Of a DNA stretch of 64,000 nt, positions 54,163 through 64,000 are shown one piece after another. Source of the stretch: Opitutales bacterium (GTDB taxonomy: Bacteria; Verrucomicrobiota; Verrucomicrobiia; Opitutales; UBA2987); the NCBI GenBank assembly GCA_965226885.1, contig CBDDEL010000016.1, positions 576,001-640,000 of the forward strand, given 5' to 3'. The stretch's first letter is position 1, and each line of letters starts with the position of its first letter. The position numbers and the translations under genes were made by a program. Below the pieces are notes generated by a model that saw only the letters and a program-made list of their open reading frames with translations, searched no databases and was not told the DNA's origin.

Positions 54163-55890
54163 ATGAAACAGGAAATCAATCGTCGTAAGTTCTTGGGAAC
54201 ATCGATCGCGGCCGGCGCGGGCCTGACGCTTGGGGCTTTCGCTCCGCGGAGCAGGGGTCAGCATAGTAAAACGTATCAGACTTCTTCACCCAAGCTGGGA
54301 TACATCTCCCCTCGTGGAAGCCGGCGGATCATTTATGTCAGCGATCCCTCCAGTATCGCCTCAGGTTATTTACCCGATCCAGCCTCTGAGGCAGATTTGC
54401 GCCGATGGGTGGATGAACTGGCGCACGCACAGGTCGATACTTTTATCCAGGAGGCTTACACCCAGGGGTGGACCACCTATTGGCGAACGGATGGTTTTGA
54501 GTATGACGCCCGCCCGCAGCATCGCCGCTTTCTTCCTCTATTGGATGAGGGCATACAACCGCTGGAGGTGCTTCTGGAGCAGGCTCATGAGCGAGGCATG
54601 GAATTTCTGGCGGGTATCCGAATCAACGATAATCATGGCCATATCTCGGTAAAACAAGGCGTGGGTTTCGGAGCCTCCTTTCTGGCAAATAATCCACAGT
54701 GGTTATTAAAGGAGGCGCCGCCGGGGCCCTATTATCAGCTAAGTTCGCCCATGGACTTTAGTTTTCCCGAGGTGCGGGACTACCTTTTCTCCGTCACGGA
54801 GGCACTGGTCAGCCGTTTTCACGTTGATGGCCTGGAATTATGCTTCCGGGACCATCGTTACTTTCCGCCCGACAAAGGGCGGGAGGGACAGCCTCTCATG
54901 ACCGAACTGGTTAGGCGGATCCGTCAAATGCTGGACCAGAAGGGCCGAAGTAGAAACAAGAAGTTGCAACTTGGAGCGCGTGTTTACCAGACGGTGGAAG
55001 AATGCCAGATTCAGGGACTGGATGTCTCGGGTTGGATTTCCGAAGGCCTGCTGAATTATCTTGCCCCGGGTGATGTCATGTACTCTGATTTAAACGCCCC
55101 TTATGAGCAATTCACTCAACTGGCCCGCGCCTCGGATTGCCTGGTCTATCCGGCGCTTCTACCCTGGAGCAGCCTAAGGATGAGGCGCCGCCTTGGGGGA
55201 ATGCCTATCTCGCTTGAGCAACAGCGCGCAATCGCTCAGAACTTCTACGGGGCCGGAGCCGACGGGGTCTCATTCTATAACCACTTCGTCACCTTGAAAT
55301 GGGCGCCGTTCTATCCGATGATGCTGCACGATTTCGTTGAACTGAAAAGCCCGCCGCAAGTCTCTCGAGGAAATCGCCATTACGTCTTTGAACCCATCTG
55401 GGCGGGCTGTAAGGGCTTCGGCGGCGAGGGACGCACCTCAACCGGCGCCCTGAAGGCAGATCGGATCGTCCTGAGGCGCGCCGACTCGGGGGCCGGGGGA
55501 AGCTATCGATTTCGCATCTGCGAGGATTTTGAGCAGGTGCGGAGAGCGGCGCTGCTATTTCGCGGCCATCCCATGACGTTAAAGGACAAGCTGGAGATCC
55601 GGCTCAACGGAACTCCGATCTCTTCCGCAGCGCAAAAGCGACGAAACGACGAACAGCGGGTGGACATGGCCGCTGTGGTAGATGTAAGTTCCCGGACTGC
55701 TGCCGGCGAGACGCTTGTCCCTGAGATTCCCAGCGGTCCAATTCTGACCACCTGGTTCGAACTCACGGCTCCCCCGGCCGTGTATGGGGACAATTGGCTG
55801 GAGGTAACGTTGGTCGAAGCCGATTGCGAGCTCTCTCAGGATCTCGTCATTGACGAGATTGAAGTCTTCATTCGGCCAAAGCGCGCCTGA
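54163..55890 (+). CDS. Tat-exported glycoside hydrolase-like (GHL10-type TIM barrel) protein
   Basis: NRRKFL Tat motif; IRINDNH, MDFSFPEVRDY, VDGLELCFR, GADGVSFYN. Confidence 0.75.
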   Translation: MKQEINRRKFLGTSIAAGAGLTLGAFAPRSRGQHSKTYQTSSPKLGYISPRGSRRIIYVSDPSSIASGYLPDPASEADLRRWVDELAHAQVDTFIQEAYTQGWTTYWRTDGFEYDARPQHRRFLPLLDEGIQPLEVLLEQAHERGMEFLAGIRINDNHGHISVKQGVGFGASFLANNPQWLLKEAPPGPYYQLSSPMDFSFPEVRDYLFSVTEALVSRFHVDGLELCFRDHRYFPPDKGREGQPLMTELVRRIRQMLDQKGRSRNKKLQLGARVYQTVEECQIQGLDVSGWISEGLLNYLAPGDVMYSDLNAPYEQFTQLARASDCLVYPALLPWSSLRMRRRLGGMPISLEQQRAIAQNFYGAGADGVSFYNHFVTLKWAPFYPMMLHDFVELKSPPQVSRGNRHYVFEPIWAGCKGFGGEGRTSTGALKADRIVLRRADSGAGGSYRFRICEDFEQVRRAALLFRGHPMTLKDKLEIRLNGTPISSAAQKRRNDEQRVDMAAVVDVSSRTAAGETLVPEIPSGPILTTWFELTAPPAVYGDNWLEVTLVEADCELSQDLVIDEIEVFIRPKRA

Positions 55891-56238
55891 CAGTTCGGGC
55901 GCCACTCCCCAGGGCTCGAAGCTAAACCCCATTGTTTCAATCGCCTTCCCAAGGGCGGAGTGTTTGTTGTTTTTGCTCAATGTGTTATGAATTTTTTCTG
56001 GTGTTTTGAAAACCGCCCTGAAAGTGACGATGCCAACCTGCCCTTGTGAAGGCTAAAATCGACAAGCGCCAATAGCTGCGTTCCAGCCCGGAAACCGCTT
56101 GGTTACGTAGGGTACTACGCTCCCGCGTCGGTTTCCGGTCTGCGCCTTGCTCTTCATCACTTCTCGACTTTTTGAAACATTGGGGTAAACAATCTGTTTT
56201 CTGTTTTTGGAAATGCTGGAAGGGAGGTTTGAAGTGCA

Positions 56239-56490
56239 ATGCGGCTTATTCTGATCGGATGCGAATATGTCGGAACGACGACGCTGGCCGATAAGATCGA
56301 AGCGTGGCCGTTGGAGAAGATGGGCGCGCGTTTCAACGACTTTCATTCGCATTGGAAATTCCCGCATATCGCGACGAAACCGGTGAGCGAGGAAGACCAG
56401 GTCCTCATGATGCAACTCAGCCCGGAGATGAAAGAGCTGATCATGCGCACGAACCTGGAGTATCACCTTTTAATTAATTTTTTGAGTTAA
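56239..56490 (+). pseudogene. Truncated hypothetical protein with degenerate P-loop start
   Basis: GGAGG RBS then MRLILIGCEYVGTTTLA; ends abruptly overlapping the convergent gene. Confidence 0.45.
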
Positions 56491-57079
56491 TCTTTTCAAT
56501 AGCAACATATTCAGTATAGCCCTTCACCATTGCGCGAACACACTCACCCGGTGTAGGGCCACCTTCCCCAATCCCTCGACACGGCTCTTCAATCAGCTCG
56601 GGACGGTTCTGTCGTACCCAGTCACGCGCTTCATAAAAAAGAGGAGGATCGTTTGAAGAAGTCGTCACAGAGAGGATTCGCCCCTTTTTTACGGTCACGT
56701 GAAATGTATCGGTGACGTAGAAATCGATTTCAAGTGCGCCGATCAGGTCATCTTTCACTGTCACTGGACAAAGGACCAAAGAATCATTCCTTGCTACGCA
56801 CGGGTGTCGTTCAATAATTTCATAGTTACCACCCTCTGCCCATCCTTGGTAGTACAAGATAGAAGGTTTGGATTCTTCGGCATATGCTAGAGTGGATTCG
56901 AGTTCATCTGAATTGAACGAATAGAAGGCATCGATGAATTCATTTGCTGCCGCGACGTTTTTCTCCACTTCAACCGAAGAATCAGAGCGCGACGAGTCCT
57001 TACACCCGGACACAAACAACAGGGACATCAGTTTGACCGCTTTAATATACATTTCATGCAATTCTGATTTGAATACCAT
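56474..57079 (-). CDS. Putative lipoprotein, NTF2/SnoaL-like
   Basis: Lipobox-like LLFVSGC; NVAAANEFIDAFYSFN and DTFHVTVKKGRI. Confidence 0.65.
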   Translation of the reverse strand: MVFKSELHEMYIKAVKLMSLLFVSGCKDSSRSDSSVEVEKNVAAANEFIDAFYSFNSDELESTLAYAEESKPSILYYQGWAEGGNYEIIERHPCVARNDSLVLCPVTVKDDLIGALEIDFYVTDTFHVTVKKGRILSVTTSSNDPPLFYEARDWVRQNRPELIEEPCRGIGEGGPTPGECVRAMVKGYTEYVAIEKINSKN

Positions 57080-57184
57080 TGTGGCTTCCTAACTATATGT
57101 AGGCGGCAAATACACAGCCCCCTCCAATTAGGCAGATTATCCTTACGACCACTGACCACTATTTTCAAGGATATTTGTGGATGC

Positions 57185-57236
57185 TTTTCCCCCTTTTTGT
57201 TCATTATGGGTTTTCACCCCTTAAACCGCCACAAAT
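57185..57236 (-). repeat. Dispersed element R1, copy D
   Basis: TTTTCCCCCTTTTTGTTCATTATGGGTTTTCACCCCTTAAACCGCCACAAAT. Confidence 0.82.
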
Positions 57237-57300
57237 CCTGCAATAGGCCTCTTTCTGAAGCCTCCAAAATCCACAAAAATGAATGATGTTTGCCCCGATG

Positions 57301-57349
57301 TTTCATTAAGGGCATTCACCCCTTACCCCGCCGCAAATTCCCTAGGAAC
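57301..57349 (-). repeat. Dispersed element R1, copy E
   Basis: TTTCATTAAGGGCATTCACCCCTTACCCCGCCGCAAATTCCCTAGGAAC; 40 nt after the stop at 57390. Confidence 0.78.
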
Positions 57350-57389
57350 GGGCCTGGCCGCGAGGCGGGTATCTCTATTGTAGTGACAT

Positions 57390-57878
57390 TCATTTCACCT
57401 CGTATCGGAATGTGAACCTAAGCGTCTCGGTCTTTTGGATCTTTTTGAATGTCAAATTTGGCGACTGTGTGGCACCTAGGACAATGTTGCTGGGCCCAAC
57501 CAATTCATCACCCCAATTTTCGAGTGATGATGACGAAATCCTGAGCGTGGCAATGTCGAATCCATCATCATCATACAGTTTGAGAATGAAAGCCTCTGGA
57601 AAGATAAGGCCGCCTGGGTGTTCGTCGCTTTTGCCGATGGGCCAATTCCGCCACGTGTAATAAGTATCCTTATCAACTGTGAAAAGAAAAAGGATTTCAG
57701 CAGCACCGGCGCCAGTGGGACGGATTACCATTTCCACGCTCTTAATGTAGTCTTGCTCAAATTGGTCGTAGATGACACGGAACGTTTTAGGGCGGTTGAG
57801 CCAGAAGCCCAGCACTATGGCCAAGACAAGAAACGCAATCAGTGCCCCAAATCTAGTCAACTTGTGCTTCTTCTTCAT
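57390..57878 (-). CDS. Hypothetical membrane-anchored protein
   Basis: MKKKHKLTRFGALIAFLVLAIVLGFWL N-terminal anchor. Confidence 0.65.
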   Translation of the reverse strand: MKKKHKLTRFGALIAFLVLAIVLGFWLNRPKTFRVIYDQFEQDYIKSVEMVIRPTGAGAAEILFLFTVDKDTYYTWRNWPIGKSDEHPGGLIFPEAFILKLYDDDGFDIATLRISSSSLENWGDELVGPSNIVLGATQSPNLTFKKIQKTETLRFTFRYEVK

Positions 57879-57984
57879 GTCATGCTTCGCCCAACGACCC
57901 GTGATTGATCTGCGGCGTCTACGCAGCCCTTGATTGATTACCATAAAATTTTGACCGAAATTTGCAAGTGGGTCTGTAGAACAG

Positions 57985-60000
57985 TTAGCCACCTTTTCTG
58001 GAATTAAGAGTGAAGCCCGAGATAATCCGCTCAATACTGCTGAGTTCGGATTGATGACCTAGATAACTGCAAATCAATTGCTTACCCGTAAATATGAAGA
58101 ACGTGCGATGTTCTTCGAACTTAGGAAGAATTAGGAAGTAGATTACCCCCTCTTCTTGAATATTGAGAAGAGAGTCAACACCAGTGAATTGCTTACGAAC
58201 CATGTCAAAGCGCAGGAGTGTGAGTGTCTTGTTTTCCAATGTTATGGGATTGAATTTAGAAGGCCTAAAACGCCGCCGACCTTTAAACACATGCTTTTCG
58301 ATAAAGGTACCTCTTCGCTTCAGGTATGCTGTAAACCAATTTTGAATGTCACTTCCCTTTTGCGGCTCGGAGAAACGATCCACGAAGACATATCCCTCAA
58401 GCGCGGCACCAAATCCTTGACCGACACCACCCGTCTTTTCTAAGAATATCAGGTTTAAATTTGGGGTAGTGTATAAAAAAAGAATGTTATTTTGTATTTT
58501 TAGCTGTACAAATAGCGTTAGGCAGTTTATTCTTAGTGCATGGTTACTAAAATTATTAATTGTCGGCACTGTGGAAGTGAAAATATCATTAAATTTGGCA
58601 AGACGCCCAACCATAAACAGCGCTACCGCTGCCATGATTGTGGTAAACAAAGCCGCGAAAACCCCACAGTGAAATACACCGAAGAGCAAAAAGAAATGAT
58701 CCTTCGAGTCTATCAGGAACGCAGCAGTCTACGCGGTTTACAGCGCGCCTTCGGGGTGAGTCCCAACACCGTTTTGAGTTGGTTAAAAAAAACGACAATC
58801 GCTGCGACCGCTCAAAAGCACGATTCTTGCGGCCCGCCGCCATGATGTCATTGAACTGGACGAACTGTGGTCTTTTGTGGGGCGCAAGAGCGATGCCCAA
58901 TGGGTTTGGATCGCTCTTTGCCGACGCACCCGTCAAATCCTCTCCTATGCCATTGGGCCTCGGGATTGGTATCGTTGCCGGGAACTTTACGAGCGTCTGC
59001 CACGGGCCTACAAAAGATGTGCCACCTACAGCGACTTTTGGAGCACTTATGATGAAGTCTTTCCTCATAACCGATCCGTGGGAAAAGAAACCGGTGAAAC
59101 GGCCCATGTGGAACGATGGAACAATACCCTGCGCCAACGACTGGGTCGTTTCACACGCAAAACCCTCTCCTTTTCCAAGCTTAAGAGTATGCATGAAACC
59201 TGTCTGAGACTTTTCATTCATCAATATAATCAAGAATTAGCCACCATTCCTACTTAATACACTACCAAATTTGGATTGGCTTCAATATTCCAGATGTGGG
59301 GTTCAACATCAAAGTCGACGGAGAATCCACCGCCGTTAAACGTCTTCATTCTATCCTCCGGTAATTCCTCAGGGAGAAGAAAATCTTGATTATTAAGAGC
59401 AAGTCCGGATATAATTCGATCAACAATCTCATTTAATTTTACTCGGGAATGTCGCACATTATGATACCACTCCCCCAACTGTGAAACCACCTGTCTTCCA
59501 GCAAACACGAAAAACGAGTCGTGTTTCTCGAACTGAGGAGGTATCAAAAAATAAATCATTCCCTTTTCTTTACCCCTAATCTCGTTTCTGGACGCCATGG
59601 TTGGTTTAGGAACCATATTAAAACGCAAAAGTGTTTTCTCTCCTCGCGTCACAGGATTTCCCTCGACGTGCTCAAAGTGCCGATCCCCTCTGTATAAATG
59701 TCTTTCGATGATTGGGGCTTTGCGGATTAGGTATTGCGCAAACCAATCCTTAATGTCATTTCCGCCGGGTGGCTCTTTGAAACGATCCATAAACACAGTC
59801 ATCCATAAATGTGAATAACCCGACTCAGGATCTCCCATTTCAAAGAGGATCGAATTAAGGTCGGTAAAGCCATCAATCCGCCATAATTCGCGCTCATACT
59901 CAAATTCGACCGAAAACGTGCCACCATCAAACGTCCTAATTTCCGAATACAACGATTGAGTCGTGAAAATAAAGATCAGGGCTAAGACAATCTGCTTCAT
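57985..60000 (-). pseudogene. Secreted hypothetical protein of two homologous domains, interrupted by IS1
   Basis: In-frame join NIEANPNL|NLIFLEK after removing IS1 and its TSD; the halves share VFxDRFxEP...DIxxWFxxYL...KTLLRFxMV...IYFLIxPxFExH. Confidence 0.85.
58465..59266 (+). mobile_element. IS1 family element copy 2
   Basis: 8-bp TSD AAATTTGG; insA 58540-58845 and insB to 59257. Confidence 0.94.
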
Positions 60001-60005
60001 TTGTC

Positions 60006-60806
60006 GGTAGTGTATTAAGTAGGAATGGTGGCTAATTCTTGATTATATTGATGAATGAAAAGTCTCAGACAGGTTTCATGCATACTCTTAAGCTTGGAAA
60101 AGGAGAGGGTTTTGCGTGTGAAACGACCCAGTCGTTGGCGCAGGGTATTGTTCCATCGTTCCACATGGGCCGTTTCACCGGTTTCTTTTCCCACGGAGCG
60201 GTTATGAGGAAAGACTTCATCATAAGTGCTCCAAAAGTCGCTGTAGGTGGCACATCTTTTGTAGGCCCGTGGCAGACGCTCGTAAAGTTCCCGGCAACGA
60301 TACCAATCCCGAGGCCCAATGGCATAGGAGAGGATTTGACGGGTGCGTCGGCAAAGAGCGATCCAAACCCATTGGGCATCGCTCTTGCGCCCCACAAAAA
60401 ACCACAGTTCGTCCAGTTCAATGACATCATGGCGGCGGGCCGCAAGAATCGTGCTTTTGAGCGGTCGCAGCGATTGTCGTTTTTTTAACCAACTCAAAAC
60501 GGTGTTGGGACTCACCCCGAAGGCGCGCTGTAAACCGCGTAGACTGCTGCGTTCCTGATAGACTCGAAGGATCATTTCTTTTTGCTCTTCGGTGTATTTC
60601 ACTGTGGGGTTTTCGCGGCTTTGTTTACCACAATCATGGCAGCGGTAGCGCTGTTTATGGTTGGGCGTCTTGCCAAATTTAATGATATTTTCACTTCCAC
60701 AGTGCCGACAATTAATAATTTTAGTAACCATGCACTAAGAATAAACTGCCTAACGCTATTTGTACAGCTAAAAATACCAGATAACATTCTTTTTTTATAC
60801 ACTACC
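60006..60806 (-). mobile_element. IS1 family element copy 3 with insA-insB in one frame (60015-60731)
   Basis: A7 instead of A8; flanks CATTTGTC and CTAATTTT do not match. Confidence 0.92.
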
Positions 60807-60972
60807 CTAATTTTCATCGGTTTAGAAAGCCAATAACCCATTTCATATTTCACGAACGATCAAGTCCAGCGATGCCGGCCCAATGGCCCTGCTTTGGAAC
60901 GGCGGGATAAACCGGCATTCGCTGGGACGTCTGGTTCGGTGCATTTTCCATTTCAGTCTCCAATCGCATCCG

Positions 60973-61939
60973 TTATGGGGCGTCTTCCAGGTTGCGGAGA
61001 AAGTCTCTGACGGTGTGATTAAAGATCGTTGGTTGTTCGAGCATGACCATGTGGGAGGCATCGGGAATGATCGCCACCACCGACTCTGGAATCATCTGAG
61101 CGTACCACTTTCACGGTTTCGGGTGGAGCCTCGTCATGCTCTCCACCGATCAAGAGAGTAGGGACTGAAATAGTCTTCAACACGTCCGTCTTATCGAAGT
61201 CCTTGAGAACGCCGTTCACTACGAACTCGTTGGGCCCAAACATTTCCTCGTATACTGGCCCGATATTCTCGACCGCTTCTAAGAGCCTCGGTGGCCACGG
61301 ATCCAAGCGACAGAAATACCGCTGCATAAACACCATTGTGGCATCATGGTATTCCTCGGAGTCGAATGTGCCAGTGGCATTATGTTCCGAAAGAATGGCT
61401 TGGGTTTCTTCGGGAAATGCCTCAAGCAGGATTTTTGCATCCGCGATCCAACGACGAGTACTGATGTGAGGCCCTACCATTGTTAAGCTTTCAATTCCCA
61501 TTGGTTGCTTCTCAGGGTAGGCAGTCATGAGCGCGGCTCCCCACGAGTGACCAAGCAGATGTATCCGAGAAAGATTCAGATGGCGTCGCAGGGCGACCAA
61601 GTCTTCGACAAACACGTCTACCGTCCACTCGTAGGTCTCATCTGGTATCGATGACCAACCGCCACCCAACTGGTCATAGAGGATAACAGGGCGCTCATCC
61701 GCCAACTTCTCCAGCGGCTCTAGGTAGGAGCTTGATGCTCCTGGACCTCCATGCAGTACAAGCAGAGGAGTGTTTCTGTTTTTGGGATTGACCACCCGGT
61801 ACCAAAGTTTCCGCTCGCCATTTTTTAGGTAGCCTTCGATTGCGTATGGATTCTCGATATGGATGCTCGTATGGGCATCAGTTTCTTGGCCGCTGATAGG
61901 TAATTCGCCGAGACCAAGGTACAATAACCAAGCGAGCAT
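60973..61939 (-). pseudogene. Proline iminopeptidase-family alpha/beta hydrolase with C-terminal frameshift
   Basis: LHGGPG, YDQLGGG, GHSWG, GEHDE. The expected tail WYAQMIPES...DASHMVMLEQP...EDAP* is in another frame after ~61110. Confidence 0.82.
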
Positions 61940-62020
61940 CAGAGACCATGGCTTGAGATATAAGGTTACCCATGAAGTGTAGACAGTAGACTGTAAGCCG
62001 GGTTAGAAAAGGAAGATCCT

Positions 62021-62117
62021 ATGACTCGTCAAAAGCAAAGATATACTGTTTCGTTCAAGAAGGAAGTGCTGGGCTATTGGCAGAGCACCGATGAAGCGGC
62101 CAAGGTAGTGGCCAAGC
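62021..62117 (+). pseudogene. N-terminal remnant of an IS3-type orfA
   Basis: Own translation: MTRQKQRYTVSFKKEVLGYWQSTDEAAKVVAK. Confidence 0.5.
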
Positions 62118-62164
62118 ATAATTTTATCAAAAAAGTTATAATTCTATAATCTATTGTATATCAA

Positions 62165-62239
62165 TGGAGGCGCGGGTCGGAATCGAACCGACGTGTAGAG
62201 GATTTGCAGTCCCCGGCCTTACCACTTGGCTACCGCGCC
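62165..62239 (-). tRNA. tRNA-Cys (GCA)
   Basis: GGCGCGGTAGCCAAGTGGTAAGGCCGGGGACTGCAAATCCTCTACACGTCGGTTCGATTCCGACCCGCGCCTCCA; cloverleaf with encoded CCA. Confidence 0.96.
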
Positions 62240-62414
62240 GAATCAATGGGCTGGATATCAAATAAGCCGCATCTGAAAACAAGTTTCAAGCTGTTTTTCT
62301 TTTTATTAGTCTTATTTGAATGAAGAACCTTTCAATTCTAAAAAGCTTTAATCTTTTTCCGGGAAAATCGGCTAGACTCCGCTTGCCACCTTCCGGCATA
62401 CTTTGCCGCCATTT

Positions 62415-63194
62415 ATGCCTGCTACCATTTTAACCATTGCCAATCAAAAGGGAGGCGTCGGCAAGACTGCCACCGCCATCAACCTGGGGGCCGCTCTGGC
62501 CGAAAAAGGCGTCCGCACCTTGTTGCTCGATATGGACCCGCAGGCCAATGCCACGAGTGGACTCGGCCTGGAAAAATCAACCGGTGGAAGCATCTATGGT
62601 CCGCTCCACGGTGATGGCTATGCCGCTCAAAAGGTTGTCGAAACGGGCATCGAAAATTTTTCCATCATTCCCTCGGAAATTGACCTGGCGGCGGTCGAAA
62701 TCGAGCTGGGTCAAAAGCAGGACTACCTGATACAGTTGCGCAACTGCCTGCTGCCGCTGCGAAACTCGGAGGATTTCGGGGTTATTTTAATAGACTGTCC
62801 GCCAGCCCTCGGTTGGCTCTCCATGAATAGCCTGGCGGCGGCAGATTACCTGCTGATCGCCTTGCAATGCGAATACTTGGCCATGGAGGGTCTGGGCCAG
62901 ATACTGGCTGTAGTCGAGAAGTTGAGGGAGGCCGGAGCCAACCCCGACCTGCAACTGGGGGGTATTGCCATGACTATGTTCGATGTGCGCACCAATCTGA
63001 GCCGGCAGGTTGTGGACGAAGTTGGCAAGCATTTTGGAGACGTTGTTTTCAATTCCGTGATTCCCAGAACAATTCGATTGGGGGAAGCTCCCAGCTTTGG
63101 GAAGACCATTTTTCAATACGATGCTCTCAACCCAGCTGCCAGCGCTTATAAAAACCTGGCCGGGGAAGTCCTGAAACGTTTCGATTTAAAATGA
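62415..63194 (+). CDS. parA: ParA/Soj family ATPase
   Basis: NQKGGVGKT, DMDPQANAT, IDCPPALG, QCEYLAMEG, EAPSFGK. Confidence 0.93.
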   Translation: MPATILTIANQKGGVGKTATAINLGAALAEKGVRTLLLDMDPQANATSGLGLEKSTGGSIYGPLHGDGYAAQKVVETGIENFSIIPSEIDLAAVEIELGQKQDYLIQLRNCLLPLRNSEDFGVILIDCPPALGWLSMNSLAAADYLLIALQCEYLAMEGLGQILAVVEKLREAGANPDLQLGGIAMTMFDVRTNLSRQVVDEVGKHFGDVVFNSVIPRTIRLGEAPSFGKTIFQYDALNPAASAYKNLAGEVLKRFDLK

Positions 63195-63212
63195 GACTCT
63201 TTAGCCGTTAAA

Positions 63213-63932
63213 TTGGCGATGGGAAGAATAATGTCCGACCTGGAACAACTGCAAAAATCCATCGGTTATCGCTTCCGGAATCTGGATTTGCTACAGCAAA
63301 GCCTGACTCATCCCTCTTATATCCAGGTCAATCCACAGGCGGGCGAACACAATCAGCGGTTGGAGTTTCTGGGCGACGCCGTGTTTTCCCTTACGCTGGC
63401 GGAGAAGCTCTACCATCTGCTTCCAGATGATAGGGAAGGCCCCCTCAGCCGCTGCCGGTCCAGTTTGGTCAAAGGAGAGAAATTAACCGGTCTGGCCCTG
63501 AACCTGGGTCTGCACAAGCACCTGCGCATGAGCGATGGAGAGGAGCAAAACGGGGGGCGGCAACGTCCTTCTATCCTCGAGGATGCCCTCGAAGCTCTAG
63601 CCGGGGCGATTTTTCTGGACAGCGAGATGGAGACTGCCAAACGAGTGATCCTGTCCTGGTATAACGGTATCGAACCGCATCTGGAAAACCTGCTCGAGAC
63701 CTATAACCCCAAAGGACAGTTGCAGGAAGCGGTGCAGCCCACCCTTGGCAACAACGTCCTGAAATACCACGTGACCAAAGAAACCGGGCCCGACCATAAA
63801 AAATATTTCAAGGTAATCGTACTGGTGGCCGGGGAAAAAATGGGCGCGGGCGAAGGGACATCTAAAAAAGAGGCTGAGGAAAAGGCCGCCTTGATCGCCT
63901 TGCGAAAGTGGAAGCAATCCACCTCTCAATGA
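63213..63932 (+). CDS. rnc: Ribonuclease III
   Basis: NQRLEFLGDAV signature, DALEALAGAIFLD, and C-terminal dsRBD (GPDHKK...GEGTSKKEAE); start may be 63231. Confidence 0.96.
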   Translation: MAMGRIMSDLEQLQKSIGYRFRNLDLLQQSLTHPSYIQVNPQAGEHNQRLEFLGDAVFSLTLAEKLYHLLPDDREGPLSRCRSSLVKGEKLTGLALNLGLHKHLRMSDGEEQNGGRQRPSILEDALEALAGAIFLDSEMETAKRVILSWYNGIEPHLENLLETYNPKGQLQEAVQPTLGNNVLKYHVTKETGPDHKKYFKVIVLVAGEKMGAGEGTSKKEAEEKAALIALRKWKQSTSQ

Positions 63933-64000
63933 GGGCAAGTCCCATAAAAAACTCCCTTCAGTCGGAGTTGCGAACGGGTGTCGCGGAGGCCGCCGTCCCG

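Noticed and set aside
57185..57349. Two adjacent R1 copies as a CRISPR array
   Set aside because: Only two diverged units about 105 bp apart, conserved sequence after each, and no cas genes in the window.

Overview
Bacterial chromosome segment, probably Verrucomicrobiota (Opitutae-like). This is inferred from the fused lpxC-fabZ, the PEP-CTERM protein and the gene style. By summed element coordinates about 26 kb (~40%) of the window is insertion sequence, from seven element types: an ~1.82-kb IS5/ISNCY-like DDE element (4 copies), IS1380 (6 full or partial), IS630 (2), IS1 (3) and three different IS3-family elements. Many are nested and several have non-matching target duplications, indicating IS-driven deletions and inversions. 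Core genes survive in two blocks: lpxA, lpxC-fabZ, efp, a thymidine-phosphorylase-like gene and argS (40.5-46.8 kb), and tRNA-Cys, parA and rnc (62.2-63.9 kb). The left end is part of an ABC-dependent polysaccharide locus (glycosyltransferase, two methyltransferases, wzt with no wzm in view). The rest is accessory, mostly secreted-protein genes, many broken; one metallohydrolase-PA14 gene is split into four pieces across 11 kb. The strongest unexplained signal is a dispersed ~85-bp non-coding element (R1, 6 copies). It lies 28-40 nt downstream of the stop codons of four unrelated accessory genes, always in the same orientation, and a second ~40-bp repeat (R2) lies upstream of genes, giving a cassette-like layout with no recognisable integron. 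Also notable: an inverted tRNA-Cys att remnant, a diverged duplicate of an argS 3' segment, templated mosaic junctions, and a degenerate thymidine phosphorylase active site. All calls were made by eye. Homopolymer frameshifts and repeat junctions could be sequencing or assembly errors.
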